DNA of 64,000 nt from an uncultured delta proteobacterium (lineage in GTDB: Bacteria; Desulfobacterota; Binatia; JACPRU01): assembly GCA_963790365.1 (NCBI GenBank), contig CAWBOU010000001.1, positions 772 to 64,771 of the forward strand. The letters are read 5' to 3'. The notes below the pieces were generated by a model. That model worked only from the letters and a program-made list of their open reading frames with translations, was not told the origin of the DNA and did no database searches. The position numbers and the translations under genes are program-made. Shown here one piece after another: positions 53,646 through 64,000 of the stretch (within the stretch, counting starts at the first letter, position 1; every line of letters starts with the position of its first letter).

Positions 53646-53742
53646 AAAACGCTGGTGCCTACCACGTTCGGAAGAGTGTGGCGAGCAGGCAAGTGCTGGC
53701 GATTGACGGCGGAATGGGACCGCCGGTACGGAGGGCGCGCTC

Positions 53743-55065
53743 GTGTCGCGAATGGCGCTGTGGTTGATCCGGCTGGGTCTCGTGGTCCTCAGTCTCGAGG
53801 TCGCGAGCTTCCTCGCTCTCCGCATCGTCGAACGCCAGTGGACGACGCCCGGCGAGCTCCGCGCGCAACGCATGGCCGTCCTCGGCGTCGAAACGAACGA
53901 AGGAGCGCGCGAGGCACCGTACCGGATTCGGTGGAAAGCGGGCACGCTGCGCGAAGTCGTTCATCCTTATCTGGGCTTCGTCCACGAAGCCTCGAGACCG
54001 AACGATCCCCACGCCGGCGACCCGCTCCGCGAGCTCGGTTTCCTCGAAGATGCGACGCCGATCCCGCGATCCGCGGGGGCGAACGACTTCGTCGTCATCG
54101 TCTTCGGCGGCTCCGTCGCCGCAGCATTCGAGCGCTTCGGCGGCGCGGAGGCGATCGTCACGAGGATCGCCTCTCTTCCCGGCGTCGCGGGCAAGAAGGT
54201 GCACGTCGGTGCCGCCGCGTTGGGCGGGTACAAGCAACCGCAGCAGCTGATGGCGCTCGCCTTCCTGCTCTCGCTCGGCTTCCACATCGACGTCGCCATC
54301 AATCTCGACGGATACAACGACGCGGTCCTCGGGCCGGTCGAGAACGTGCCGCGCAAGGTGGCGAGCTTCTTCCCTCGCCTTTGGGCCCTCCGCATTCGAG
54401 ACGTTCCCGACCGTGCGCGGCTGGAGGGCATCGGCATGCTGCAGGTGCTCCGAAATCGCCGCGAGCGCTGGGCGCGCGCGCTCGATCATCGGGCGCTTCG
54501 CTGGAGCTCGGCGCTGGGGCTCGTCTGGAAGTTGGGAGATCGCCGGCTCGAGTACGCCATCGCCGCCCACGAGCGCGCCATCGTCGACGAGGCTCCCAAG
54601 AAGCGGGGTTGGACGGTTGCTCCGCCACGTCCGGCGAGCGGATCGAAGGTGGACATCCTGCCGGAGATCGTCGCCACGTGGAGAGACGGCAGTATTCAGA
54701 TGAATCGCCTCGCCCGCGCGAACGGCGTGCGCTACTTCCACTTCCTCCAGCCGAACCAATACTTCTCCGGATCGAAGCCGATGGACGCGCGCGAACGGGC
54801 CGTCGCCATCGCCGAGAAGAGTAAGTACGGCGAATGGGTCGAGCGCGCGTATCCCGCGATGATCGAGAGCGGGCCCACCCTCCGCGCGGCGGGGGTCCCG
54901 TTCTTCGATCTGACTCGCGCGTTCGCCCAAACGAACGAAGCGCTCTACATCGACAACTGCTGCCACTTTCACGAGGGCGGCTATCGGATCCTCGGCAAGC
55001 TCATGGCGGATGCGATCGCGGAGACGTGGCAGACCGAAAGCCCGGAGCCAACGAATCCGGAATAG
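53743..55065 (+). CDS. Membrane-anchored SGNH/GDSL-like protein
   Basis: N-terminal TM, FGGSVA, LDGYND, YIDNCCHF. Confidence 0.7.
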   Translation: MSRMALWLIRLGLVVLSLEVASFLALRIVERQWTTPGELRAQRMAVLGVETNEGAREAPYRIRWKAGTLREVVHPYLGFVHEASRPNDPHAGDPLRELGFLEDATPIPRSAGANDFVVIVFGGSVAAAFERFGGAEAIVTRIASLPGVAGKKVHVGAAALGGYKQPQQLMALAFLLSLGFHIDVAINLDGYNDAVLGPVENVPRKVASFFPRLWALRIRDVPDRARLEGIGMLQVLRNRRERWARALDHRALRWSSALGLVWKLGDRRLEYAIAAHERAIVDEAPKKRGWTVAPPRPASGSKVDILPEIVATWRDGSIQMNRLARANGVRYFHFLQPNQYFSGSKPMDARERAVAIAEKSKYGEWVERAYPAMIESGPTLRAAGVPFFDLTRAFAQTNEALYIDNCCHFHEGGYRILGKLMADAIAETWQTESPEPTNPE

Positions 55066-55090
55066 CTCGAACACCAAGAGCTTCGCGTCG

Positions 55091-55552
55091 TCAGCGGCGG
55101 GACCGGAAGAAGGATCGAAGGAGCTCGCGGCTCTCGGCCGCGAGCAGTCCCTCCTCGAACGCGATCCGGTGGTTCAGCCGCCGGTCCGAGGCCAGCTCGT
55201 AGAGCGAGACGACGGCGCCGGCCTTGGGGTCGCGGCAGCCGAACACGAGGCGCGCGATCCGCGCCTGCACCATCGCGCCGACGCACATCGCACAGGGCTC
55301 GAGCGTGACGTAGAGCTCGACGTCGGGTAGGCGCGCCGCGCCGAGTCGGCGGCCTGCCTGGCGGAGCGCGACGATCTCCGCGTGCGCGCTCGGATCGCAG
55401 GCCATGATCGTGCGGTTGTGCCCGCGCGACACGCGCTCCCCGTTCCGCACGACGACGGCGCCGATCGGTACTTCCCCGCGCCGCTCGGCGAGGAGCGCCT
55501 GCGCGAGCGCCTCGGCCATCCAGCGCTCGTCGTCGGTCCGCTCGGCCGTCAC
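55091..55552 (-). CDS. tadA: tRNA adenosine(34) deaminase
   Basis: EVPIGAV, AHAE, TLEPCAMC. Confidence 0.96.
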   Translation of the reverse strand: MTAERTDDERWMAEALAQALLAERRGEVPIGAVVVRNGERVSRGHNRTIMACDPSAHAEIVALRQAGRRLGAARLPDVELYVTLEPCAMCVGAMVQARIARLVFGCRDPKAGAVVSLYELASDRRLNHRIAFEEGLLAAESRELLRSFFRSRR

Positions 55553-57117
55553 GAGAGTCGCCGGCGGAGCTCTAGCTTGTCGACCTTGAGCATCGCGTTC
55601 AGCGGGATCTCGTCGACGATCGTGAGACCGTCGGGGCGTTTGTAGCTCGCGAGCTCCTCGCCCACGAACCGGCGAAGCTCGTCGAGCGTCGGCGGATCCG
55701 CCAGATCCCGCGGCACGACGAACGCCCAGCCCTTGGCGCCGAGCTCGTCGTCGGGCACGCCGAGCACCGCCGCCTGGGCGACCTGCGGGTGCCGCACGAG
55801 CACTTCCTCGACCTCGCCGGGGTACACGTTGAACGCGGCGCGGAAATACATTTCCTTCTCGCGGCCGAGGAGATGGAGGTAGCCGGCATCGTCGAGGAAG
55901 CCCATGTCCTCGGTGCGGAGCCAGCCGTCCGGCGCGATCGCGCGCGCGGTCGCCTCGGGGTTCCTCCAGTAGCCGCGCATCGTCGCGGGCGAGCGGACCG
56001 CGATCCGCCCCGGCGCGTTCGCGGCGACCGGGGCGCCGTTTTCGTCGAGGATCGCGATCTCGACGCCCGGAGTCGGCCGTCCGACAGTGCCCTCGCGACG
56101 CTCGGGAGGATCCGTCGGGAGGGTCGCGGAGATGATGAGAGTCTCCGTGCAGGAGTAGCCGGTGAACACCTCGGCGCCGAGGCGCTCACCGATTTCGCGG
56201 GCGAGCCGCGGCGCGAGCGGCGCGCCGCCGAAGCTTACACTCTTCACGAACGAGAAGTCGGCGTTCGCCGCGGCCGGCACGCGGATCATCTTCATCAGCA
56301 CGGGCGGGAACCCACCGATCGCCGGCGGCCGCCGACGGAGGATCTCGCCGAGGAGCCATTCCGCGTCGAAGCGATCGTGAAGCACGAGCGTGCCGCCCGA
56401 CGCCATCTGCAGATGAATGCGGCCGGTCGCACCGACGTGGGTCAGCGACACGCCGGGCCAGAAGCTCGGGGCGCCGGGAACCGGGGGCTCGCGCCAGCGG
56501 CTCGCGAAGAGGCGGGTCAGCGCCGTCATCGCGCGCGAGTCGTAGACCGCGCCCTTCGGCGGCCCGGTCGTGCCGCTGGTGTAGACGATCGTCAGCGGAT
56601 CGTCGGGCGTGACGAGCGCCTCGGCGGCTTCGAGATCGACGCTCGCGCGATCGCCCGTCGCGAGCATCTCGGCGAGGGAACCCGGGCCCTCGCCGTCGAA
56701 GCGCACGATCTCCGGAGCCGTCGCGGCCGCCGAAGAAACTTCCAGGAGTAGCGCCGGGAAGTCGATGCCGGCCGAGCTCCCGATCGAGACGACGAGCCTC
56801 GGCTCGGCATCTGCGAGGATGTGGCGGAGCTCGTGACGGCGATAACGAGTCGAGATCCCGACCGTGATCGCGCCGACGATGGCACAACCCAGGTATCCAA
56901 TGAGGTAGCCGGGATCCGTCGGTAACAGGAACGCGACGCGATCGCCGCGGCCGATGCCGCGCGCGAGGAGCGCGCGCGCGAAGCGCCGCGAGGCCGCGTG
57001 CCACTCGGCGTACGTGACGTCACGCCCGTGAAAATGGAACCCGGGCACGGCCGCGAATCGCTCGGCCGCGATCGCGAGCGACTCACCGAGCGTCTCCCCG
57101 AAGCTCACGCGTGCCAT
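55549..57117 (-). CDS. AMP-binding acyl-CoA synthetase
   Basis: YTSGTTGPPKG, GYSCTE, GYWRNPEAT, NVYPGEVE. Confidence 0.92.
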   Translation of the reverse strand: MARVSFGETLGESLAIAAERFAAVPGFHFHGRDVTYAEWHAASRRFARALLARGIGRGDRVAFLLPTDPGYLIGYLGCAIVGAITVGISTRYRRHELRHILADAEPRLVVSIGSSAGIDFPALLLEVSSAAATAPEIVRFDGEGPGSLAEMLATGDRASVDLEAAEALVTPDDPLTIVYTSGTTGPPKGAVYDSRAMTALTRLFASRWREPPVPGAPSFWPGVSLTHVGATGRIHLQMASGGTLVLHDRFDAEWLLGEILRRRPPAIGGFPPVLMKMIRVPAAANADFSFVKSVSFGGAPLAPRLAREIGERLGAEVFTGYSCTETLIISATLPTDPPERREGTVGRPTPGVEIAILDENGAPVAANAPGRIAVRSPATMRGYWRNPEATARAIAPDGWLRTEDMGFLDDAGYLHLLGREKEMYFRAAFNVYPGEVEEVLVRHPQVAQAAVLGVPDDELGAKGWAFVVPRDLADPPTLDELRRFVGEELASYKRPDGLTIVDEIPLNAMLKVDKLELRRRLS

Positions 57118-57800
57118 GGGCTCGAGAGGAAGTGGCGCGCGCGAAGGACGAGCGCTTGGCGGCGCTTCAGGCCCTGCAATGCCCGCGCTCGCCAGCGGGC
57201 GACGGCGCCCTCCCCGCCCGCGTGCCAGCTCGACGCGTAGGCGGCGAGCGCCGCCGGCGACGGAAACGCGGCGAGCGTCACGGCCTCGTCGTCGCGAAGG
57301 ATCGCGCGATAAGCGCCGACGAGCGTTCCGCCCGCGGACGCGAGCGCCGCCGCGCCTTCCTCCTCGACGGCAGCGAGATAACCGTCTCGCATGCCGCGCT
57401 CGAGCTCGACGATCTCGTGGAGAAAGACTTCGGCGCGAATCGGCAGCGCGCGCAGCTCCGGCACGTCCGGCGAAGCGTCCGTCGACTCGAGGAGCCGGTC
57501 GAAGCCGCCCCGTCGAAGCTCGAGGTTGCCGAGCCACCACGACTTGAGCGCGGGATCTTGCGTGCGCGGTTCGAACTGGCGACCGAGGATCGCCGCCGCT
57601 TCCCCCCACTCACCCCACCGCCAGAGGTTCACGCCCTGCGGAGCATCGCCGCTCACTTCGAGCACGCGAAACACGCCGACGAGCGTGTCGCGCCGCCCTG
57701 CGCTCGTGGCGGAGCGGCCTTGGTGCTCGGCCACGCTGTCGAGGTACGCATCGGTCCGCGTCCCGACGGTGCGCACGAGCTCGTGGAGAAAGATCGCCAT
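57105..57800 (-). CDS. NIPSNAP-like dimeric alpha/beta barrel protein
   Basis: Two repeated FLHE-starting domains. Confidence 0.55.
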   Translation of the reverse strand: MAIFLHELVRTVGTRTDAYLDSVAEHQGRSATSAGRRDTLVGVFRVLEVSGDAPQGVNLWRWGEWGEAAAILGRQFEPRTQDPALKSWWLGNLELRRGGFDRLLESTDASPDVPELRALPIRAEVFLHEIVELERGMRDGYLAAVEEEGAAALASAGGTLVGAYRAILRDDEAVTLAAFPSPAALAAYASSWHAGGEGAVARWRARALQGLKRRQALVLRARHFLSSPWHA

Positions 57801-57810
57801 TCAGCGAGAT

Positions 57811-57913
57811 CCCCCCCTCTCCCCGTTGGGGAGAGGGCCGGGGTGAGGGGGAGACCGTCGCGGAGCCTCCCCCTCACCCGCGCTTCGCGCGGCCTCTCCC
57901 CAAGGGGGAGAGG
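57811..57913. repeat. Palindromic REP/MITE-like doublet (intergenic)
   Basis: CCCTCTCCCC-N-GGGGAGAGGG..GGGTGAGGGG / CCCCTCACCC..CTCTCCCC-N-GGGGAGAGG. Confidence 0.85.
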
Positions 57914-57931
57914 CGTTGGGAAGGAGTGGCC

Positions 57932-58600
57932 TTACCATACCTTCACGTCGGTCGCTTCGCCGCGGGGCCAGAGCGGTCCGCCCGGCGAGGAGAACGCCCA
58001 GTGCGTGGACGACGAGGCGACGAGCGCGCCGCCGAACGCTTCCCGCTGCGCGCTCGCGGCGAGCGCCGCGAGATCGCGTTGACCCCAGACGGCCGTGATC
58101 TCTCCTTCGCCCCACGCCTCTTCCCAGAGCCCGACGAGCTCGCGCCCCGTGCCACGCTCGCTTTCCGCGAGCTTCGCGAGCGCGGCGGCGAGCTCGCGCG
58201 TGTGCCCGCGAACGGCCGTGTAGCGCGTGAACGCGTACGCCTTCGCCTCGACCGCGCGGCGACGGAGGTCGGCGAGCGACGGCGAGCCCGGCGCGGCCAC
58301 GAGCGTGCGGTGCCGCGACCGCTCGCGGAGCGGCGCGCACTCCTCGCGCCAGCCGCAAAGCTCCGCGTCCTCGGTGCTCGCGAGCGCCGCCGTCCACGCG
58401 CCCCACGCCTCCCACCCGTCGAGCTCGAAGAGCGAGAGCGCCTCGGGCCAGGCCCCGGTGCTGCCGATCGTGCTGCCGACGAAGAGGAGGCGCCCACCGA
58501 CGCGCCGCTCGACGAGCGGCGCGAGCTTCACCCGCACCGCCTCGAGGTACGCTTCCTTGGCGCCGCCCGCGATCGCCGCGACGTCCTCGACGACGAGCAC
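57932..58600 (-). CDS. NIPSNAP-like protein
   Basis: STIGSTGAWPEA motif; similar architecture to the neighbouring gene. Confidence 0.55.
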   Translation of the reverse strand: MLVVEDVAAIAGGAKEAYLEAVRVKLAPLVERRVGGRLLFVGSTIGSTGAWPEALSLFELDGWEAWGAWTAALASTEDAELCGWREECAPLRERSRHRTLVAAPGSPSLADLRRRAVEAKAYAFTRYTAVRGHTRELAAALAKLAESERGTGRELVGLWEEAWGEGEITAVWGQRDLAALAASAQREAFGGALVASSSTHWAFSSPGGPLWPRGEATDVKVW

Positions 58601-58604
58601 CTGG

Positions 58605-59378
58605 CTAATCCTTTTTCACCCACTTCGGCGGACGCTTCTCGACGAACGCCTGGAAGCCTTCCTTGACCTCATCGGAGCGGAGCGACGCCGCGAACATCAC
58701 GTGATCGATCGGCGGGAGATTTCGGTTCATGTCCGCCTTCACCGCGCTCCGCGCCGCGGGCCCGGTCTCGCGAATCCACCCGACGGTCTCGGCGACCGCG
58801 CGCTCGAGGTCCGCGTGCGGCACGACCCGCGAGACGAGCCCCATCGCGCCGGCCTCCGCCGCCGAGAACGAGCGCGCGGCGAAGAGCAGATACTTCGCCC
58901 GCGCGAGCCCGACACGCGCGGCGAGGCGCGACGAGAGGTAACAATCCGCCACACCGCGGAGGAGCTCGGGCGTCCGGAACTCGGCCTTGTCGGAGCTGAT
59001 CGCGATGTCACTCATCAGCGTCAGCACGAGCCCGCCCCCTTGGCAGAGGCCGTTGATCGCCACGACCACGATCTTCGGGCAGCGTTCGAGCGCGACGAAG
59101 GGCACGAGGTCGAGCCCGTCGGTCTCGCGATCGAGCCGGTCGCCGCCCTCGTGCTTGCCGCCCATCTCGCCCCCGACGCAGAACACGTCGCCCCGCCCCG
59201 TGAGCACGACGACGTCGATCGCATCGTCTCGCCCGGCGAGCACCGCCGCCTTCTTGATCCCATGGTACATCTCGATCGTACAGGCGTTTCGACGCTCCGG
59301 CCGGTCGAGCGTGACCGTCAGCACCCCCCCGGAGAGCTCGCCGTGGAGGTGGTTCGAGTCGAGGTCGATGCCGGCCAT
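58605..59378 (-). CDS. Enoyl-CoA hydratase/isomerase family protein
   Basis: TLDRPERRNA, AINGLCQGGG, EGFQAFVEKRPP. Confidence 0.93.
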   Translation of the reverse strand: MAGIDLDSNHLHGELSGGVLTVTLDRPERRNACTIEMYHGIKKAAVLAGRDDAIDVVVLTGRGDVFCVGGEMGGKHEGGDRLDRETDGLDLVPFVALERCPKIVVVAINGLCQGGGLVLTLMSDIAISSDKAEFRTPELLRGVADCYLSSRLAARVGLARAKYLLFAARSFSAAEAGAMGLVSRVVPHADLERAVAETVGWIRETGPAARSAVKADMNRNLPPIDHVMFAASLRSDEVKEGFQAFVEKRPPKWVKKD

Positions 59379-59505
59379 GGCGGGAGCGTTAACATGCGTT
59401 CACCCGCCCTGTCACTCGCGGCTTCCGCATCAATTTCCCCATTCGCGGGTTGAGGTTATCGGAGAATCCCAACCTCGGCAGTTCAACTTCAGGGAGGACA
59501 GACGC

Positions 59506-60198
59506 ATGAAGAAGACGACATGGATGAGTCTCGGGGTCGCCGCGGTCGTCGCGGCCGGCGCCTTGACGTTCGCGGCGTGCGGCGGCAGCGACGACGATGA
59601 CGAAGGTCTCGACAGTCCGCTGCTTGCGGGCGGAAGCAACATCACGGGCACGGTCTCGACCGCAAACACCAACGGCGACCTGACCTTGGCGGGCATCACG
59701 GTCACGTCCCAGAGCGACGCGACCGTCAGCACGACGACGAACGCCTCCGGCGCCTTCAGCTTGCCGGCGTCGGGCACCGGCGACGTGGTCGTATCGTTCT
59801 CGCGCGGCGTCGGATGCACGTCGAGCTTCGTGCTTGGGAACGTGATTTCGCGCTCCTCGCTCACGCTCGGCGGCGTCACGGTCACCTGCGGCGCGGCCAC
59901 GGTCGCGTCGATCAGCGAGACGTTCAACGGTGTCATCCACGAGGATCCTCCCGGCGTGCTGTCACCGATCGACACCTGTGTACGCGTCGGCTCCGACAAC
60001 CAATTCCGCGACATCGACGCCAACGGTGCGACCGTCCTCGACGTCGACGGCTCGACCACCAACTTCGAGCAGTTCGCAGACGAGAATCTGATCGAAGCGA
60101 CCGGCACACGCCCGAGCGTCGGCGCGGCCGGCGTGCTCGATGCCTCGTCGATCCGCATCATCGAGGGCGACGTCCTAGACCCCTGCGATGTCCCGTAG
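59506..60198 (+). CDS. Lipoprotein with a carboxypeptidase-regulatory-like beta domain
   Basis: GGAGG RBS, FAAC lipobox, TTTNASGAFSL. Confidence 0.75.
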   Translation: MKKTTWMSLGVAAVVAAGALTFAACGGSDDDDEGLDSPLLAGGSNITGTVSTANTNGDLTLAGITVTSQSDATVSTTTNASGAFSLPASGTGDVVVSFSRGVGCTSSFVLGNVISRSSLTLGGVTVTCGAATVASISETFNGVIHEDPPGVLSPIDTCVRVGSDNQFRDIDANGATVLDVDGSTTNFEQFADENLIEATGTRPSVGAAGVLDASSIRIIEGDVLDPCDVP

Positions 60199-60241
60199 TT
60201 CTGCTTGACAGGCCGGCCATGAGCGACCACCAAGGCCGCTC

Positions 60242-61240
60242 ATGGCCGGCACGTATCGCATCTTCGGCAACGAGCTCTCCCCCTACTCCATCAAGGTTCG
60301 CTCGTTCTTCCGCTACAAGCGGATCCCGCACGAGTGGATCGTCCGGAACGCCTCGAATGAGGAGGAGTTCCGGAAGCACGCGAAGCTCCCGCTGATCCCG
60401 CTCGTGATCACGCCCGACGGACGCGGCCTTCAAGACTCCACGCCGATCCTCGAGACGCTGGAGAAGATCCATCCCGAGCCGCCGCTCCAGCCCGCGGATC
60501 CGACGCTCGCGTTCCTCTCGGCGCTGATCGAGGAGTACGCCGACGAGTGGGGCAACAAGCCGATGTTCCACTTCCGCTGGACGTACGAAGCGGATCAGCA
60601 AGCGGCCGGCGAGCGCCTCGCGAAGAGCATGATGCCGAATCTCGGCGACGCCGAGATCGCCGGCGCCGTCGAGATGATCAAGGGCCGCATGGTCCCGCGC
60701 CTCCGTCTCGTCGGCTCCGCGCCTGAGACGCTCGAGGCGATCGAAGGCTCGTTCCGCCGCCAGCTTGCGATCCTCGAGCCGCACCTCGCTCGGCGGCCGT
60801 ATCTCTTCGGCGGCCGTCCCGCGCTCGCGGACTTCGGTCTCGGCGGACAGATGTACCAGCTCCTCGATCGATCCGACCCCAGCGGCGATCGTCCGCCGCG
60901 AAGCGCCGAGCGTCGTCGCGTGGGTGGAGCGCATGCTCGAGCCGCGCGTCGAGGGCGAGTTCGAGCCCTGGAGCGCGCTCCAGGCGGCCTCCTGCCGCTC
61001 CTCCGCGACGAGGTCGCCGCCGTGTTCCTCCCGTGGTCGGACGCGAACGCGCGCGCGATCGCCGCCGGCCAGACGAGCTTCTCCCTCGAGCTCGGCGGAC
61101 GGCCTTTCGGACAGGAGACGCAGAAGTACCACGCGAAGTCGCTCGCCGTGCTCCGCGAGCGGTACGCGCGCGTCCCCGACCGCTCCGCGCTCGACCCGAT
61201 CCTCGACGAGAGCGGCCGCCTCGCCGGGCTGCGCGCCTGA
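60242..61240 (+). CDS. Glutathione S-transferase family protein (compensating internal indels)
   Basis: SPYSIKVRS, QDSTPI, YLFGGRPALADFG. Confidence 0.88.
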   Translation: MAGTYRIFGNELSPYSIKVRSFFRYKRIPHEWIVRNASNEEEFRKHAKLPLIPLVITPDGRGLQDSTPILETLEKIHPEPPLQPADPTLAFLSALIEEYADEWGNKPMFHFRWTYEADQQAAGERLAKSMMPNLGDAEIAGAVEMIKGRMVPRLRLVGSAPETLEAIEGSFRRQLAILEPHLARRPYLFGGRPALADFGLGGQMYQLLDRSDPSGDRPPRSAERRRVGGAHARAARRGRVRALERAPGGLLPLLRDEVAAVFLPWSDANARAIAAGQTSFSLELGGRPFGQETQKYHAKSLAVLRERYARVPDRSALDPILDESGRLAGLRA

Positions 61241-61323
61241 TCCTCGATTTCCTGGACGCCGTGCCCGGACGGCGCTAGGCTCCCCGGCGATCGGCATCGC
61301 CGTTTCCGGAAGGAGGACTCGCC

Positions 61324-61850
61324 ATGAGCCAGGCCCTCGAAACCGGAGCCCGGCCGCTCCCGACCGAGCTGTCGCCCCCGAGGAGCTCGACCACGTTCGG
61401 GGAGGGCATGATCGCCGGCGTCCTCGGCGCCGCCACGATCGCGCTTCTCTTTCTCGCGGTCGACGCGATCCGCGGGCGGCCGCTCCTCACGCCGACCGTG
61501 CTCGGCACCGCGATCTTTCGCGGCGGGCAGGGTCGATTCGCCCGAAACGCTCGCGATCTCCGGCGAGATGGTGTTCCTCTTCACGTGGATTCACACGCTC
61601 GTCTTCGCCGCGATCGGGGGCCGTGCGCCACGGCGTCGCGCTCGCCGAGCGCGACGAGCATCTCGGGTTCGGCCTCGTGCTGCTCTTCGTCGGGCTCGAG
61701 ATCGGCTTCGTGCTCGCGAGCCTCGTGATCGCGGAAGGGGTGCTGAAAGCGATCCCCTGGCAGGCCGTCCTCGTCGGCAATCTGCTCGCGGCCGCGGTGA
61801 TGGCGACGTACTTGGTCCGCCGGCATCCGAACCTGCGCATCCTCCCGTAG
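61324..61850 (+). CDS. Four-TM membrane protein (frameshifted)
   Basis: Hydrophobic helices in successive frames; GRPLLTPTVLG. Confidence 0.65.
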
Positions 61851-61968
61851 ACGTCCGCGCCGCTCCGGTGAATTTCAGCTGGCGCGGCGCGGCGCGCCTC
61901 CTGTAGCAAGGGGCCCCCGCTCGAAAGCTCGGGCCGCAGCACGCAAGTGCGGGGTGGGAGGTACGCAG

Positions 61969-63829
61969 GTGGGGAGACACGGCGCAGCGCATCGCGCTCG
62001 CGGCGAGCGTCGCGCTGATCCTGCTCGACGCGGCGTCGAGCTTCGCGACGATTCGCTACGGGGATGTGCAGATCTCCGGCAACATCGAGACGCAGACGCT
62101 GTTCCGGCTCGGAACTCGTTCGACTTCGATCCGGTCCAGCTCCGGAACACCTTGCGCCTGCAGTACGAGCACAAGCTCGCGAACGAGGGAGCCTTCTTCG
62201 GCGGCACGTGGAAGCTCCCGGGCGTCCGCGACGTCGACTTCTTCGCTTACTACCGCGGCGTCTACGACGGCATCTATGACATCGAGCCGGGCGGGAATCT
62301 CTACACGCAAGACGGCAGTACTGGCGGGAGCCTCGACGACATCCCGAAGCGGAGCCGCAACGAGCTCGCGTGGGAGAACGTGCTTCGCGAGATCTACGTC
62401 GACGTCAATACGAGGAGCCCGTTCTCGTTCCGCATCGGTCGCCAGCAGATCATCTGGGGCACGGCGCTCGACTTCGCGCGCTCGACCAGCACAACGCGCT
62501 CGATCTCACCTGGCACTTCCAGCAGGAAGCCGGGCTGCTCGGACGCGTCGGCTTCTCCGAGCTCCGCGTGCCGCACTGGGCGATCAAGGTGCTCGGCGAC
62601 TTCGGCACGATCGGGCCGTTCTCGAACGTCTTCGCCGAGGCGTACGAGATGCCGTTCGGCTTCAACCCGACGAAGCTCCGCTTCCTGCCGGCGCCGTGGG
62701 GCATCCCGCTTCGCTATCCCCTCCGTGGCGGTCTCATCGACGCCGCCGAAGCGTTCGGCGCGCCGGTCGGCGAGGGCCTGGTCTTGCTGCAACCTTGCTT
62801 CGACACGACCGGCAACACGCAGCCGAACGCGACCGCCAATGCCGACTTCTCCCGCGCGAGCGAAACCGGGCTCTGCCCTTCCGCCGGCATCGAGCAGACG
62901 ACGTTCAGCAAAGGCCACTACGATCGCCACGATCCATCGGAATCGCATCAGCTCGGCGCGCGCGTCGGCGCGCTCGCGCCGCTCGGGCTCGAGTTCACGC
63001 TGAACTACATCTACGGCGCGCACCGGGTCTCGGCCTCCCGGGCTCGAGCTTCGTGAAGACGCAGCTCGGCACGCTCGCGGGCACCAACGCCCTCAACATG
63101 CTGCAGATTCCCGACATCCACGACACCACGGACCCGATCACCGGCGAGACCACGAACGTGCTCGGCTACGTGCGCGTGCCGCTCGAGTTCTACTACCCGT
63201 ACGTTCACATCTTCGGGCTCTCGCTGAACTATCCCGAGAATTGGTCGGGATCGGTGCTGAACCTCGAGCTCACCTGGATGGAGGACATCCCGTCCGGAAA
63301 CGCGAACCCGGTCGGCAACGGCGTGAAGAAGAAGGACTTCGTCGTCGGCGCGTTCAACGTCGACCGCCAGACCTGGATCCGCCCGTTGAACAAGCGGACG
63401 ACGTTCACGACGATCTTCCAGGCCAACTTCGTCTACAACACGCAGCACGAGGACTTCCGCGTCGGCGCCGACGGACAGGCGTACGCCGGCGACATCGGCA
63501 CGCCGAGCAGCACGTTGATCCCGCGTCTCTACGGCGATCTCGATCGCATCGACAAGTCGAACGAGCTCGAGCTCCTCACGCTCTTCGTGATCACCACGTT
63601 CTACAAAGGTGGTACGGTCGTCCCCCTCTTCGGCTGGATCTCGGACTGGGGGAACGCGCCGTCGATGGAATTTCTCTTCCTCGTGGACTGGTATTTGACG
63701 AACAACTTCTTCATCGAGCCGGGGCTCCGCATCTTCACGAACTTCGGGCGCAACGTGGACGATCCGTTCGGGATCGGACGTCTCTCGGAGTGGGACGAGT
63801 TCCAGCTCAAAGCCACCTGGCAGTTTTAG
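61969..63829 (+). CDS. DUF1302-like outer-membrane protein (frameshifted)
   Basis: Signal peptide, LREIYVD, RIGRQQIIWG, C-terminal KATWQF. Confidence 0.75.
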
Positions 63830-63962
63830 TCGTGAGGGACGCTCCTCCTCGGCTCTTTCGTCGTGACGGCCATCTCCGTCGAGCCGGAGAGGAACGTCCC
63901 CTACCCGGCTCAAACGCGATCGCGTTTTTGAGCCGGCAGCGAGATCCCGGCAGAGGTAGCAA

Positions 63963-64000
63963 ATGTACGACGGCCTGCCGGTCATCGACGCCGACGCCCA
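63963..64000 (+). CDS. Start of an amidohydrolase-family protein (3' truncated)
   Basis: MYDGLPVIDADA(H) metal-binding start, GAGG RBS. Confidence 0.6.
   Translation, partial: MYDGLPVIDADA

Overview
GC-rich bacterial chromosomal window. The gene content (DUF1302-like and TonB outer-membrane proteins, lipid/aromatic catabolism, a Sec-containing AhpD-like protein) suggests a Gram-negative lineage such as Candidatus Binatia; this is inference only. It holds a conserved tadA-tRNA-Ser x2-ffs-dnaX-ybaB-recR block, tRNA-Asn, a dense DNA-repair neighbourhood (ligD, imuA-imuB-dnaE2 with a mini-intein, Prim-Pol/ligC/xth), an ECF sigma/anti-sigma/di-heme peroxidase operon, stress and lipid-catabolism genes, and an accessory patch at about 25.5-35.5 kb. 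Several stretches (4.8-8.0, 44.7-50.4, 60.8-63.1 kb) have many 1-nt indels that look like sequencing errors. Most unusual: a 238-bp intergenic element (2238-2475) of four crossing inverted-repeat pairs that share a TCGC/GCGA core and match a four-way (Holliday) junction layout. Other leads: an anti-sigma factor with a C-terminal CxxCH motif, an in-frame-UGA (CxxU) AhpD-like gene with a SECIS-like hairpin, a palindromic repeat in frame inside the DnaE2 intein, an SOS-like box shared by imuA and an unknown two-gene operon, and an ORF-precise tandem duplication.
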